The position numbers were made by a program, and so were the translations under genes. A stretch of DNA of 64,000 bases from a virus. Location of the stretch: positions 1-64,000 of IMG/VR virus record IMGVR_UViG_3300047476_001426; one strand, 5' to 3'. The notes under the pieces are model-generated. The model was not told where the DNA came from. It made no database searches and saw only the letters and a program-made list of their open reading frames with translations. Positions 37,153 through 47,271 of the stretch are shown here, piece by piece; position 1 is the stretch's first letter; each line of letters begins with the position of its first letter.

Positions 37153-38711
37153 TGAAAATAATTGATTTAGGTGTTTGTATTGATAATAATGACCCAAAAG
37201 GATTAGGTAGAATTCGTGTGGTTGATTATGATGATTATATTGGTGGTAAATCTAATATAAAAGAAAACATACAACACTGGAGTAAAGATGACCCCTTTTT
37301 AGCTTCCCCATTTTTACCAAATAACATAAACTTTATTCCCGAACTTAAACAGGCGGTAAAAATAATCCGTTATGATACCGAAAAAACTACGGTAAACCAA
37401 GAATATATTGCGGGCCCGTTTTCAACTAGATATGATTTTAATTCTCAAGAATTTAACACACAAATATCTCAAACATCTTATGGGGTTTCGGTTGAAGATA
37501 AGGTTGATATAATAAAAAATGAACAAGGAAATTTACCCGAAAATTGTAAAGATGCCTTGTCAAAATATAAAGACTATTCTGTTGGAGGTAAATATGGGTC
37601 AGATGCTATTTTTACTCAGGACGGTTTAGTATTGAGGGGTGGTAAACTCGTTCAAAAAGATGTCACAAGTAATCAAAATAGAGAACTATTAACCAAAGGG
37701 TTCCCAATTGCTTCCGATAAAGTTGCTAAACTTCATTTGAAAAAATTTGGTCCTAAACAGTTTATTTCTGAAGAAACAAAAACAGAAGACATAACAGAAA
37801 ACTCAAATCTTAAATTTATCATTGAGTATGATATTAATGATTTAAGTAATCCTAATTATGTCAATTTTTATGTTTACCAAATAAAACCAAATGTTTCTAA
37901 AAAATATAACTCAAGTAATTTCACTGAATCAACACAAACCGTATCAGGGGAAACAATTTTTTTAACCGAATCGGGTAACACATATACTTTTAGAAGTGAC
38001 TTAAACTCAATTACAGATTATAGTGGTTCTACATTAACAAAGAAAGTTCAATTAATCTATCAAGAAATTAGAAATAAATTAAGTACAATTCAGAGTAATG
38101 GGTTCACAGGTATAGTATCGTTTAAAATTTTAACCGACCTAATAGTCACACAAAGTGATTCAAACGTGTATCCATTCTTCTTTAGACCCACAGATGAGTT
38201 TCAAAATCGAACTGTAACAACAACAGAAAGTGATAATAGATTAAAAATATTTAATAACGTTAAACTACCTGGCTCCACTTCAAAATCTAGCTTAGTCTAT
38301 AGTAAAGATAAGGTGAACCCCAACACAAGACGGGTTGAGAAATCTGTAAAAGTTTTAAAAAATGACAGTACATCGGTGGAACAAACTTTTGGGAATGTTA
38401 CCGCGGATAAAATTTTCCTTTTGTCAACAGATACAAATTTCACAGACAAAAAGATAGATTTCCCAACACTTAATTCATATGAATATGAACAATCTGATTA
38501 CATCGAAAAAATAGACCCAAATACCTATTCATTAGTTAGGGGGGAAATTTTATTGGATTTTATAGATGCCATGTACAATGTGCTCACAACACATGTACAC
38601 AATATCAACAAACCATATGTTAAATCGGATTACGACGCTCACACCAAATTGGATTTATTATACAACAAATTAAGAGATGAATTGATAAATAAATCAATTA
38701 AAATCAACTAA
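37152..38711 (+). CDS. Baseplate central spike protein (gp5/VgrG-like OB fold, HxH tip motif)
   Basis: N-terminal GVCIDNNDPKGLGRIRV; C-terminal LTTHVHN. Confidence 0.7.
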   Translation: MKIIDLGVCIDNNDPKGLGRIRVVDYDDYIGGKSNIKENIQHWSKDDPFLASPFLPNNINFIPELKQAVKIIRYDTEKTTVNQEYIAGPFSTRYDFNSQEFNTQISQTSYGVSVEDKVDIIKNEQGNLPENCKDALSKYKDYSVGGKYGSDAIFTQDGLVLRGGKLVQKDVTSNQNRELLTKGFPIASDKVAKLHLKKFGPKQFISEETKTEDITENSNLKFIIEYDINDLSNPNYVNFYVYQIKPNVSKKYNSSNFTESTQTVSGETIFLTESGNTYTFRSDLNSITDYSGSTLTKKVQLIYQEIRNKLSTIQSNGFTGIVSFKILTDLIVTQSDSNVYPFFFRPTDEFQNRTVTTTESDNRLKIFNNVKLPGSTSKSSLVYSKDKVNPNTRRVEKSVKVLKNDSTSVEQTFGNVTADKIFLLSTDTNFTDKKIDFPTLNSYEYEQSDYIEKIDPNTYSLVRGEILLDFIDAMYNVLTTHVHNINKPYVKSDYDAHTKLDLLYNKLRDELINKSIKIN

Positions 38712-38716
38712 AATGA

Positions 38717-38724
38717 TATTTATA
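38717..38724 (+). promoter_or_regulatory. Putative late promoter motif TATTTATA
   Basis: 11 nt before ATG at 38736. Confidence 0.55.
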
Positions 38725-38735
38725 CTATAAAAGGA

Positions 38736-40109
38736 ATGTCATACTATCGCTCATATTTTTCTAAAAACAATACTATAATTGAAAATAGTAGGGTCAACAC
38801 CGCAAAAAATCCAACAACTGAGATTTATTATGGCGATGGATATTCAAGATATATTTTTAAAGTTGATTTTACTGATTTACAATCCAAAGTGACTAATGGT
38901 GATTTAGTAATCACATCAGGAACGACACACTACCTGAAAATGACTAATACGGTAACCGGTGACCCTAAATTGGTAGGAGACGGTAAATCTAACGGAAAAT
39001 ACCGTGCCACGTCATTTGATTTAATTCTTTTTACGATACCACAATCATGGGATGAGGGTGTTGGTTATGATTATGAGTTCACCACTTATGATGATAATTT
39101 GGGTAATAAATTATACGATACCCGAGCGTCAAATTGGTATGATAGAACAACAACATCAGGTTGGACATATCCGGGAATTTACACAGGCGCAACAATACTA
39201 CAAACAATACATTTTGATAATGGTAATGAAGACATCAATGTAAACATCACCAACTATGTTAATGGTATTATTGTTTCAGGTAACACAGACCATGGATTAG
39301 GTTTAGCATTTACATCTGCTTTTGAAACAATTACCACGGGAGAGACTCAACAATCAGTTGCGTTTTTCTCAAAATACACACAAACTTTTTTTGAACCATT
39401 CGTTGAATCTGTATTTGATGATAGAATAGACGATAATAGACATAATTTCATTGAAGAAAGATATAATAATTTATACCTGTATGTCACTAAGGGTTCCAAT
39501 TTTTATAATTTAGATAGTAACCCTACGGTTGATATTTTAAACTCAAGTAGTGTTGCAATTTCGGGTTTGACAGGTCTGACTACCACAAGGATTAAAAAAG
39601 GTGTCTATAAAGTTAGATTTGGTTTGACAGGTCAGTTATGTGACGGTAAAAGATTCTTTTATGATAAATGGAAAGGATTATCTTTAGATGGTATATCAAT
39701 AAGTAATGTGACTCAGAAATTTGTACCCAAACCGTTCACATCGGGATACAGTATTGGTGCAAATCCAACAGAAACACAAAACTATAAAATTCAATTCTCT
39801 GGCATAAAACAAAATGAAAAAATTATCAGAGGTGAATTGAAAAAGATTGTACTTTATTTAAAATCAATTGAACAATCACGAACCATATTATTTGATGATG
39901 TTTACTATAGAATTTTCATAAAGGAAGGAAAAACAAATGTAATAATCTATGATTGGACTAAGACCGATGTCACCAATGAAAATTCATTTTATTTGGACAC
40001 ATCTTATTTGATACCGAGAGAATATTTTATTGAATTTAAAGCTAAAACATACACAGAAGAAATATTTTATAATGACTATATAAAGTTTGAAATATTATCT
40101 GAAATATAA
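38736..40109 (+). CDS. Putative virion structural protein
   Basis: 457 aa, beta-rich, Thr/Gly-rich; late motif. Confidence 0.5.
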   Translation: MSYYRSYFSKNNTIIENSRVNTAKNPTTEIYYGDGYSRYIFKVDFTDLQSKVTNGDLVITSGTTHYLKMTNTVTGDPKLVGDGKSNGKYRATSFDLILFTIPQSWDEGVGYDYEFTTYDDNLGNKLYDTRASNWYDRTTTSGWTYPGIYTGATILQTIHFDNGNEDINVNITNYVNGIIVSGNTDHGLGLAFTSAFETITTGETQQSVAFFSKYTQTFFEPFVESVFDDRIDDNRHNFIEERYNNLYLYVTKGSNFYNLDSNPTVDILNSSSVAISGLTGLTTTRIKKGVYKVRFGLTGQLCDGKRFFYDKWKGLSLDGISISNVTQKFVPKPFTSGYSIGANPTETQNYKIQFSGIKQNEKIIRGELKKIVLYLKSIEQSRTILFDDVYYRIFIKEGKTNVIIYDWTKTDVTNENSFYLDTSYLIPREYFIEFKAKTYTEEIFYNDYIKFEILSEI

Positions 40110-40112
40110 AAA

Positions 40113-40120
40113 TATTTATT
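40113..40120 (+). promoter_or_regulatory. Putative late promoter motif TATTTATT
   Basis: 3 nt before ATG at 40124. Confidence 0.55.
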
Positions 40121-40123
40121 ATT

Positions 40124-40585
40124 ATGAATAATTTAGATGGAATCATCAAAAAACACCTGAAGACACTAACTGAGGGTCAAATGCCACAAGAAAACTACAT
40201 GTTCTTTGGTAATATCGAACAAATGAAGAGACAATGTGAGTTGTTGATGCAAGAAGATAAAAATCAAATCGATTCAATTCTTAAACAACACGATTGGGCG
40301 CAAGACCACATTGCTGAAGCTAAGAGTTTATTGGACCAAGTATTTGATTTTCTGATGAATCAAACCAAAGGTGATGACCAAGAAAATAATGTCGATGATG
40401 ACCTTTTGAATGAAGAATATCAAATAGACGAAAGTAAAAATTGTCCTACTGACCCCGCTAAATGGTCAGCATCAAAATCAGCTGCTAAAGCTAAATTTGA
40501 TGTATACCCAAGTGCATATGCAAATGGTTGGGCGGCAAAGAATTATAAATCTAAAGGCGGTAGATGGAAAAAATGTAAAAAATAA
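40124..40585 (+). CDS. Hypothetical protein with basic C-terminal module
   Basis: 153 aa; ends AKAKFDVYPSAYANGWAAKNYKSKGGRWKKCKK. Confidence 0.6.
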   Translation: MNNLDGIIKKHLKTLTEGQMPQENYMFFGNIEQMKRQCELLMQEDKNQIDSILKQHDWAQDHIAEAKSLLDQVFDFLMNQTKGDDQENNVDDDLLNEEYQIDESKNCPTDPAKWSASKSAAKAKFDVYPSAYANGWAAKNYKSKGGRWKKCKK

Positions 40586-40588
40586 CCC

Positions 40589-41560
40589 ATGAAAATTACA
40601 GTCAACGAAGAGGATAAAAAATACATCCAAGAATGTCTTGAATCAGGTGAGGTTTTAAAAGAAGACCTTAGAAGATGGTTCAAAGAAAAATGGGTGGACG
40701 TAAGTCGTAAGGTTGACGGTAAACACCCACCTTGTGGTAGAAAAGATGCTGATGGTAAGGCATATCCAAAATGTAGGCCATCTAAAAAAGTTTCCAAAGA
40801 AACACCCAAAGTCGCTTCTTCATATGATAAAAAAGAAAAGAAAGCAATGACACAACAAAAAAGGAGGGCTGAAAAGAAAGACCCAAAAATTGGTAAGGGT
40901 AACGCCCCGACATTTACAAGATTTGATGAAAATATGATTAAGAACATAACAATAAACGTAGATGAAATAATTGATACATACAATCCACCTAAATTATGGT
41001 TAGTATCTGAATCAACCAACTTATTAAGTGAAGGTTTAAAGTATCATATTGAAAAAGAAAAACCGTTAATTGAAAATATATACAGAATTTATTCTGAAAA
41101 CTTTTTTAGTTTATTTAACGAATCAAGAGATTTATATAACAAAGGTGTTCTCGTACTTGACGGTGATGACTTAGAATTAGTCAAGACTGATATTGGTTTA
41201 ACGGGTATCTATGAAGGTGAGGAGGTTTATTTAGATATTCCTTTCATCTTAAATGAAGAAGAATATCTTGTTGAGGCTAAACATAGAGGTAAAAACGTAA
41301 AATTAAATAGACCATTTAGAACTTCGGGTGGACCTAAAAAATTCGCGGTATACGTTAAAAACAACAGTGGTAATATTGTTAAAGTAACTTTCGGTGACCC
41401 AAATCTTAGAGTCAGAAACAATAATAGAGCAGCGGCAAAATCTTTTAGAGCACGTCACAAATGTGACCAAAAGAAAGATAGAACAACGGCTGGATATTGG
41501 AGTTGTAACATCTCAAGATATAGAAAGGCTCTCGGTATCAAATCATCAAACCCTTGGTAA
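40589..41560 (+). CDS. Hypothetical protein with two basic Cys/Trp modules
   Basis: 323 aa; LRRWFKEKWVDV..CGR...YPKCRP and KSFRARHKC..KKDRTTAGYWSC modules. Confidence 0.65.
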   Translation: MKITVNEEDKKYIQECLESGEVLKEDLRRWFKEKWVDVSRKVDGKHPPCGRKDADGKAYPKCRPSKKVSKETPKVASSYDKKEKKAMTQQKRRAEKKDPKIGKGNAPTFTRFDENMIKNITINVDEIIDTYNPPKLWLVSESTNLLSEGLKYHIEKEKPLIENIYRIYSENFFSLFNESRDLYNKGVLVLDGDDLELVKTDIGLTGIYEGEEVYLDIPFILNEEEYLVEAKHRGKNVKLNRPFRTSGGPKKFAVYVKNNSGNIVKVTFGDPNLRVRNNNRAAAKSFRARHKCDQKKDRTTAGYWSCNISRYRKALGIKSSNPW

Positions 41561-41856
41561 TGGATTTCCCATTCAAAGAAGAATTAAAAGAAGGATTTCA
41601 TGTTAGAACATTCACCTCAGATTTAACTGAGATGGAATTGAAGTGGCATTTTGACGAAGAAGATAGGATTGTTATTTGTGAACATGAAACTGATTGGATG
41701 TTTCAAATGGATGATGAATTACCCACACAAATTAAAAAAAATACCCCCATTTTTATACATGAGGGTACTTATCATAGACTTATTAAAGGAACGGGTAACT
41801 TAATTATTAAAGTTAAAAAACTTAATAATAATACACCTGAACACCACACTCATTGA
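41560..41856 (+). CDS. Small cupin-fold protein
   Basis: ELKWHFDEEDR...W.FQMDDELP...IFIHEGTYHRLIKG cupin His motifs; start ATG 41560 overlaps upstream stop. Confidence 0.65.
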   Translation: MDFPFKEELKEGFHVRTFTSDLTEMELKWHFDEEDRIVICEHETDWMFQMDDELPTQIKKNTPIFIHEGTYHRLIKGTGNLIIKVKKLNNNTPEHHTH

Positions 41857-42262
41857 GAAGTTGTTGACTTTTCATCTGTGATTCCACCCATTTCTCTTTG
41901 TTTTTAGTGGTACACTCTGTTTTACACCAAACCACTTTAATTCCCGAATTAACAATACCTCTAGCACAATCCATACACGGTAATCCCGAAGTAAGGTATA
42001 TTGTGGAATTTTTCAGAGAAACACCAATACGTGCGGCGTTATAGATTGCATTACGTTCAGCGTGTTCAAACCAAAAGTATTTCTCAGGTCTTTCCTGACG
42101 TTCTTCTTTAGTATCGTCTAATCCCCTCGGGAATGAATTATAACCCGTAGAAAGTACCTCATTATCAATACCAACGATTACCGCACCAATCTGTGTAGAT
42201 TTATCTTTTGATTTAAGTTTTACTTGTTCTGCAATGTTTAAAAAATATTCTGTCCAGTTCAT
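41822..42262 (-). CDS. dCMP deaminase
   Basis: GYNSFPRG, HAERNAI, PCMDCARGI zinc-binding motifs. Confidence 0.9.
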   Translation of the reverse strand: MNWTEYFLNIAEQVKLKSKDKSTQIGAVIVGIDNEVLSTGYNSFPRGLDDTKEERQERPEKYFWFEHAERNAIYNAARIGVSLKNSTIYLTSGLPCMDCARGIVNSGIKVVWCKTECTTKNKEKWVESQMKSQQLLNECGVQVYYY

Positions 42263-42612
42263 ATTAGTTTTTGATTTGAAATATAATGAATTCTATTGTT
42301 AGAGTAAATTGACATACTTTGAGCAATACCTTTTTCAACCAATTTACCCATTTCCCTACAACTATTTGAATCTCTTGTATCAATACCAACAATAAACTTA
42401 CCATCTGATTGTTTTTGATATGTTACAGGTCTGATATATTTTTCATTATCATCCATGATAAGATATTTTATCATTTCTTCTTTGGTTTGTTTACATTCAA
42501 TATTTCTAGTATCAACCAAATTCTTTAAAACATCTAACCGTAATTTATTATAGTCAATTGGTTCATCGGATTTTAAACTATTTGCAATTTGTTTTTTAGT
42601 CATTTTACCCAT
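42259..42612 (-). CDS. Hypothetical protein
   Basis: 117 aa; coupled to deaminase. Confidence 0.55.
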   Translation of the reverse strand: MGKMTKKQIANSLKSDEPIDYNKLRLDVLKNLVDTRNIECKQTKEEMIKYLIMDDNEKYIRPVTYQKQSDGKFIVGIDTRDSNSCREMGKLVEKGIAQSMSIYSNNRIHYISNQKLI

Positions 42613-42616
42613 AGAA

Positions 42617-42626
42617 TATAAATATA
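42617..42626 (-). promoter_or_regulatory. Composite TATATTTATA motif (late TATTTATA plus host-type TATATTTA)
   Basis: Late motif ends 4 nt before ATG at 42612. Confidence 0.5.
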
Positions 42627-42648
42627 ATTAAAATATTTGGCAATAAAA

Positions 42649-42670
42649 AAGGGGGACTAATGTCCCCCTT
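42649..42670 (-). terminator. Intrinsic terminator after major capsid gene
   Basis: AAGGGGGAC/GTCCCCCTT 9-bp stem followed by T-run on minus strand. Confidence 0.8.
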
Positions 42671-42691
42671 TCTATTATGAGATTGAAATGA

Positions 42692-44449
42692 TTATCTCAA
42701 GGTGTCAAGACTGAATGTAGTCAAACCACCAACGTTAATCACACCAAAGTAACGGTTGTTAACCATTTTCTTAGCGTATCTTGTCATGATACCTTTGATT
42801 GGTGTAAAGTTGAATGGGTTGTACATTGTAGGTGTCAATTGTAATGGAACGTATGGTGCGTAAATGTAACCAGCGTCCAACAATGATTTACCTTTGTGAC
42901 CGATGATGATTTTACCTGATGGTAAATAAGGGTCACGGTAAACTTGGTAACGACCTGCTAATGAACCGATTTTCTCGATACCCATGTTGTATTGGTCTTG
43001 CTCAGGGTTTGCGTTTGATACGTGGAAGTATTCCAAGTCATCAAATACTGCAGATACCTCAGAAGATACAACAATCCAGTTAGCTCCACCTCTTAAGGTA
43101 GTTTTGTGGATTTGAGCTGAGATTTGGTTAATCTTGGTAACCAAAGTTTGGTTCCAGTCTTTTTGAGTGTAACCAGCGAATGATGAACCACCATTACCGT
43201 ATCTCCACTCATTGTAGTCCCATTTAGCTGACCAAGCGGCACCTTTACGGATGTCACGAAGGATTTCACGGTCGATTTCTGCTGCGATTTGCTCAGACAA
43301 TAAAGCTGTCAATTCTGCTTCAGCATCGATGTTGTGGAATGCACTTACGTCTTGAGCCAATTCAGGAGACCAGCTAGCTCTTAACTTTCTTTCAGTTACA
43401 GAAACTGTTACTGATTGAAGGTCGAAAGATACTTCACCGATTTCTTCTTCGAATTCAAGTGAACTGTATTCTCTCCAAGAAACTTTAAGGTCAGTTGCTG
43501 CCAATGTAGAACCTGCAACTACGTAGTCTGTGTAACCAGTTGTTACACCGTTATATTTTTGTAAGTCAACTTGAAGGTAGATAACACCTTCAGCGTCACA
43601 AATGTTGTCATATTTACCTGTTCTACCAGTACCTTTGCTTCCGTATTCAACAATACCTTTACCGTATTTTTGAGTTACAACGTTGAAAGGGATGTTAGCG
43701 GCTACAGTTGCACCTAAGTGACTATATAGACCACTATCAATTCCTGATTGAGTAAATACTGTTAATGAAGCCAAGAATTCTTCAGTGTCCATAACTTGAC
43801 CGTTAGGACCTGCAAGTTTAGCCGCACCATCGTAAGTTGTGAAACCTGAAAGTTTTAAGATTACACTTGAAACTGAAGTACCTGAAGCGATTGCTGATTG
43901 TGTACTAGCAACACCGTTACTGAATGTTACGAATTCAATAGAAGTACCTGTGATAGTTGAATAGGTACCTTTTGAATAATCGAACAAACCTGAATCTACT
44001 GAATCACTTGACTCATAGAAACGGTCGTACAAGTTATTACCTGTGTAACCAGCAGCTGGGTCAGTCTCAGCACTTGGGAATCCGTAAGGTTGACGGTGAG
44101 CGTTGTCGCTTCTGTCTTGGATTTTAGGTACGAAGTAGAACAATTTACCGATAGGTAAGTTCATTGCTTGTACTGAAACGATGTCATTCGCTAATAATTT
44201 AGAGAATACACGACGGATGATAGGGAATACTACAGTTTCGAAAGAACCTGAAGCATCGGCTACAGCCGCTTCGTTGATTAGGTATGAAGCTTGGTTTTCA
44301 TACAATTGTGCGATGTTGTCTTTTTGGTGACCGTTAAGACCCTCAAGGAATCCTAAGTCGTCCCATTTTTTGATGGTATCTTCTTTGATAACACGAAGGT
44401 GCTTAAGACCGATGTTACCAACCATACCTGATTCTAATAATGCTCCCAT
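42692..44449 (-). CDS. Major capsid protein (T4 gp23-like)
   Basis: IVSVQAMNLPIGKLFY, RKLRASWSPELAQD, DAEAELTALLSEQIAAEIDREI, YAPYVPL, GIMTRYA motifs; predicted maturation site LINE/A. Confidence 0.96.
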   Translation of the reverse strand: MGALLESGMVGNIGLKHLRVIKEDTIKKWDDLGFLEGLNGHQKDNIAQLYENQASYLINEAAVADASGSFETVVFPIIRRVFSKLLANDIVSVQAMNLPIGKLFYFVPKIQDRSDNAHRQPYGFPSAETDPAAGYTGNNLYDRFYESSDSVDSGLFDYSKGTYSTITGTSIEFVTFSNGVASTQSAIASGTSVSSVILKLSGFTTYDGAAKLAGPNGQVMDTEEFLASLTVFTQSGIDSGLYSHLGATVAANIPFNVVTQKYGKGIVEYGSKGTGRTGKYDNICDAEGVIYLQVDLQKYNGVTTGYTDYVVAGSTLAATDLKVSWREYSSLEFEEEIGEVSFDLQSVTVSVTERKLRASWSPELAQDVSAFHNIDAEAELTALLSEQIAAEIDREILRDIRKGAAWSAKWDYNEWRYGNGGSSFAGYTQKDWNQTLVTKINQISAQIHKTTLRGGANWIVVSSEVSAVFDDLEYFHVSNANPEQDQYNMGIEKIGSLAGRYQVYRDPYLPSGKIIIGHKGKSLLDAGYIYAPYVPLQLTPTMYNPFNFTPIKGIMTRYAKKMVNNRYFGVINVGGLTTFSLDTLR

Positions 44450-44483
44450 TTTAGTATTGATTTTTAATTTTTAAGTTTATTGT

Positions 44484-45749
44484 TTATTTTAATTTCGACA
44501 TCAAATCTTTCATTCTCTTGAATTGTGGATTCTCATATGCTTTAGATTCCGACAATACTTTTTGAGATGAAGAAGAAGTTGGTGCCGTAGTTATTTTATC
44601 AACCACTGATTCAGTCACAGGTTTTTTAGTGTCTAATTCAGTTTTTATAGAACTATATAAGTTCTTAGACTCTTTCAAGGTTGAAATTGAATCGAATCTC
44701 TTTAAGATGTTTAACTTCTCTTGTTTGGTGGTTGAGTGTTCAGTAAACAAACGAGTGGCGTAAGCTAAGTTGGCGTTAAAGACAGCAACTTCATTCAACT
44801 TTTCTTTGAATAATACAAGAGCTTTCTTGTACTCATCATTTTGTTTTTTAAGTTTGCTAACTTCTTCGTTGATTTCTTCTCTCTTATTACCAGCTTGGAA
44901 TTTCTTTTTGGATTTAATTCCTCCATGATATCCATTACCCATAGTACGAGCAGATTCCTCAACATCACCTTCGATAGAATCATCACCTTCTTCGTAAGTT
45001 TCATCAACATATTCTTCTAATGATTCACCTCCTAAGGTTTCATCATCATCTTCATATGACATGTCTTCGTTTGTATCATCAAGTTCGATTTCGTAAACAG
45101 TTTCTTCAGTGTCATCCATCATTTCTTCTAAAGATTCATCTGAATATTCTGATTCATCACCTTCTCCCAAATTTTCATCGGAATATTCTGATTCATCACC
45201 TTCTTCTAAATCTTCTTCAGACATCATAGTTTCATCTAAGTCTTCTTCACCTAACTTAATGATATACTCATCATCACCGTCAGACAATTCAATGTGGTCA
45301 TCATCTTTTTTCACGATTACACCATCTTCAGGACTCATTGCTTTGAAAACTTTTAAAATTTCGTCTTCATCAGCACCTGTCATATCAACAACATCATCAT
45401 CATCGTTTCCGAATCCACCCATGTCAAGCATGTTGTCATCGTCTTCTTCAGATGAATCTTTGTCCTCAATACCTTTAGCTGGCTCATCAGATGAATCGTC
45501 ATCATCTTCGTCTGAGTTATCGTCCCCTATTTCATCATCAGCAACGGCTGACACATCATCTGTGGGGTCTTCGTCAGGAGTAGGTTGTTCTTTAACTTCC
45601 TTCTCCTCATCTTCCATTGATTCTTTCAACAAATCACCTAGTTCTTGCTTCATGGTAGATGCAAGTATACCTTTTGCGTTTGCCTTAACTGCCTCTTCAA
45701 GAGTCTGTACTTGAAGTAATGCTTGTTCTAGAATGGATTTTTCGCTCAT
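44484..45749 (-). CDS. Prohead core/scaffolding protein (gp22-like)
   Basis: 421 aa, extremely acidic, coiled-coil C-terminus; between protease and capsid genes. Confidence 0.7.
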   Translation of the reverse strand: MSEKSILEQALLQVQTLEEAVKANAKGILASTMKQELGDLLKESMEDEEKEVKEQPTPDEDPTDDVSAVADDEIGDDNSDEDDDDSSDEPAKGIEDKDSSEEDDDNMLDMGGFGNDDDDVVDMTGADEDEILKVFKAMSPEDGVIVKKDDDHIELSDGDDEYIIKLGEEDLDETMMSEEDLEEGDESEYSDENLGEGDESEYSDESLEEMMDDTEETVYEIELDDTNEDMSYEDDDETLGGESLEEYVDETYEEGDDSIEGDVEESARTMGNGYHGGIKSKKKFQAGNKREEINEEVSKLKKQNDEYKKALVLFKEKLNEVAVFNANLAYATRLFTEHSTTKQEKLNILKRFDSISTLKESKNLYSSIKTELDTKKPVTESVVDKITTAPTSSSSQKVLSESKAYENPQFKRMKDLMSKLK

Positions 45750-45768
45750 TTTATTAAATATATTTTCC

Positions 45769-45776
45769 TATAAATA
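45769..45776 (-). promoter_or_regulatory. Putative late promoter motif TATTTATA
   Basis: 19 nt before scaffold ATG. Confidence 0.6.
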
Positions 45777-45829
45777 TGTCGATAATGTAAAAAAATACGG
45801 TTTATAGCGTGATAAACTATAATAAATTA

Positions 45830-46513
45830 TTATTTACCCAAATAAGTATCTAACTTGGACATTAGATTTTTCATCCTATCCGAGTCTACGGGTTTTTCTT
45901 GAATTGATTCTTGATATTGGTCTCTGTCCTTTAAATCGGCAAAAACATACGCACCTGGCGTACTTGGGGATGATACTAAGTCAAAACAAACTAATTCAAA
46001 ATCTTCTTGAACTATGTTTTGACCTTTGATGTTTTTTAATGAACCCACACCTCTTGAAGAAATACCAAGAGTTGCACCATTCATTAATAACATTGCAGCT
46101 TGGTCCCCTTTGGTACTAACTATACCCATTTTCTTCCAAGCGGGAGAAGTAAATAATTTAATCTTACCCATCAAGATTTTTCCATCCCACCATGTTTCTA
46201 ATATGGAATGTGAAACTCTATCTAAATCGATAAGGGAAGATGTTGGGTGATTTAATTCATTTAACGCACTACCTTTTTTAATTAAGGTTTGATATTTTTC
46301 GTTTTCTCTTTTTAAAATGCTTTCAGGATATATTCTACCGTTTTTATTTGGGGTATCATATTTTTGCAAAACTGCGTAAAGGATTATATCTTGTGAATAA
46401 TCCACATCCTTCATTTCAGAAATTATTTTCTGATTCTCTAATGGTGATATATAACCGGCATCGTATTCTATTAGTATACCTTTACCGGTTTCGTTTGGGC
46501 CGAGTATTTTCAT
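45830..46513 (-). CDS. Prohead maturation protease (T4 gp21-like)
   Basis: NKNGRIYP, ALNELNHP, LDRVSH, LGISSRGVGS, FDLVSSPSTPGAY motifs. Confidence 0.92.
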   Translation of the reverse strand: MKILGPNETGKGILIEYDAGYISPLENQKIISEMKDVDYSQDIILYAVLQKYDTPNKNGRIYPESILKRENEKYQTLIKKGSALNELNHPTSSLIDLDRVSHSILETWWDGKILMGKIKLFTSPAWKKMGIVSTKGDQAAMLLMNGATLGISSRGVGSLKNIKGQNIVQEDFELVCFDLVSSPSTPGAYVFADLKDRDQYQESIQEKPVDSDRMKNLMSKLDTYLGK

Positions 46514-46526
46514 CCAACTTTTTTAT

Positions 46527-46534
46527 AATAAATA
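46527..46534 (-). promoter_or_regulatory. Putative late promoter motif TATTTATT
   Basis: 13 nt before protease ATG. Confidence 0.5.
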
Positions 46535-46548
46535 CCCCGAATACTGAA

Positions 46549-46974
46549 TTAATTCTTCTTTTCAAAGAAATTAAATAAAGTTTCGTCCGTTAAAACGGTA
46601 TCTACTATAGATTCTGATAAGTTGGATATAATGTTTCTAACCTCTTTTGACCTTACATCAAAAAATTTTTCTACATATAAAGTTATTTCAAGGTCCATGA
46701 ATGACCTTTTGTTTTCTTTTATACCATTGGTTTTAATATCTAAATCGACTATTGATTCTCTCTTGAATAGTTCAGAATTTAGAGAATAGATTTTCTCCTT
46801 AATCTGTCTTCTGGTTTTTGATATTAGTTTATCAAAGTCATGGTCGATTATTGTGGGTTGGGTCCATGAGTTTAGTTGAATGTAGACCGTTTTTAAGTTC
46901 TTGTAATCAACAGTGCCGTACCCAATCTTTACATTATTGTGTACACCGATTGAAATAAACTTTCCTTTTTTCAT
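46549..46974 (-). CDS. Hypothetical protein
   Basis: 141 aa; divergent from rpsU. Confidence 0.65.
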   Translation of the reverse strand: MKKGKFISIGVHNNVKIGYGTVDYKNLKTVYIQLNSWTQPTIIDHDFDKLISKTRRQIKEKIYSLNSELFKRESIVDLDIKTNGIKENKRSFMDLEITLYVEKFFDVRSKEVRNIISNLSESIVDTVLTDETLFNFFEKKN

Positions 46975-47011
46975 TTAAATTTATCATACTTATATATTTT
47001 ATGGTGTATTT

Positions 47012-47060
47012 AAAATATACAGAATAAACTTAACAAATCAAAATATTTCAATTATATTTA
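47012..47060. promoter_or_regulatory. Overlapping divergent host-type promoters
   Basis: Minus strand TTTG-N19-TATATTTT (47042 to 47012); plus strand TTAA-N19-TATATTTA (47030-47060) before rpsU. Confidence 0.45.
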
Positions 47061-47070
47061 AAAAAAACTT

Positions 47071-47271
47071 ATGATAATCGTAAACGTCAGTAAAGAGAAG
47101 AACCTTGAATCTGCATTAAAAAAATACAAATACAAGGTTCAAAAGACTAAACAAAATGATAAATTGAGGGAGAAACAGGAATATACCAAACCCTCAGTTG
47201 CTAAAAGAAGTAAAAAGTTAAAAGCCATCTACAAACAACAATTATTCACGAATCAAGAAAAATCAAATTAG
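47071..47271 (+). CDS. rpsU: Ribosomal protein bS21
   Basis: 66 aa; MIIVNV...LESALKKYK.K...LRE.QEYTKPSV.KR...KAIY.QQL matches Bacteroidota-type bS21; antisense to flanking head genes. Confidence 0.88.
   Translation: MIIVNVSKEKNLESALKKYKYKVQKTKQNDKLREKQEYTKPSVAKRSKKLKAIYKQQLFTNQEKSN

Noticed and set aside
45109-45714. 201-aa Ser-rich + strand ORF
   Set aside because: Antisense shadow of the Asp/Glu-rich scaffold gene; low complexity, no start context
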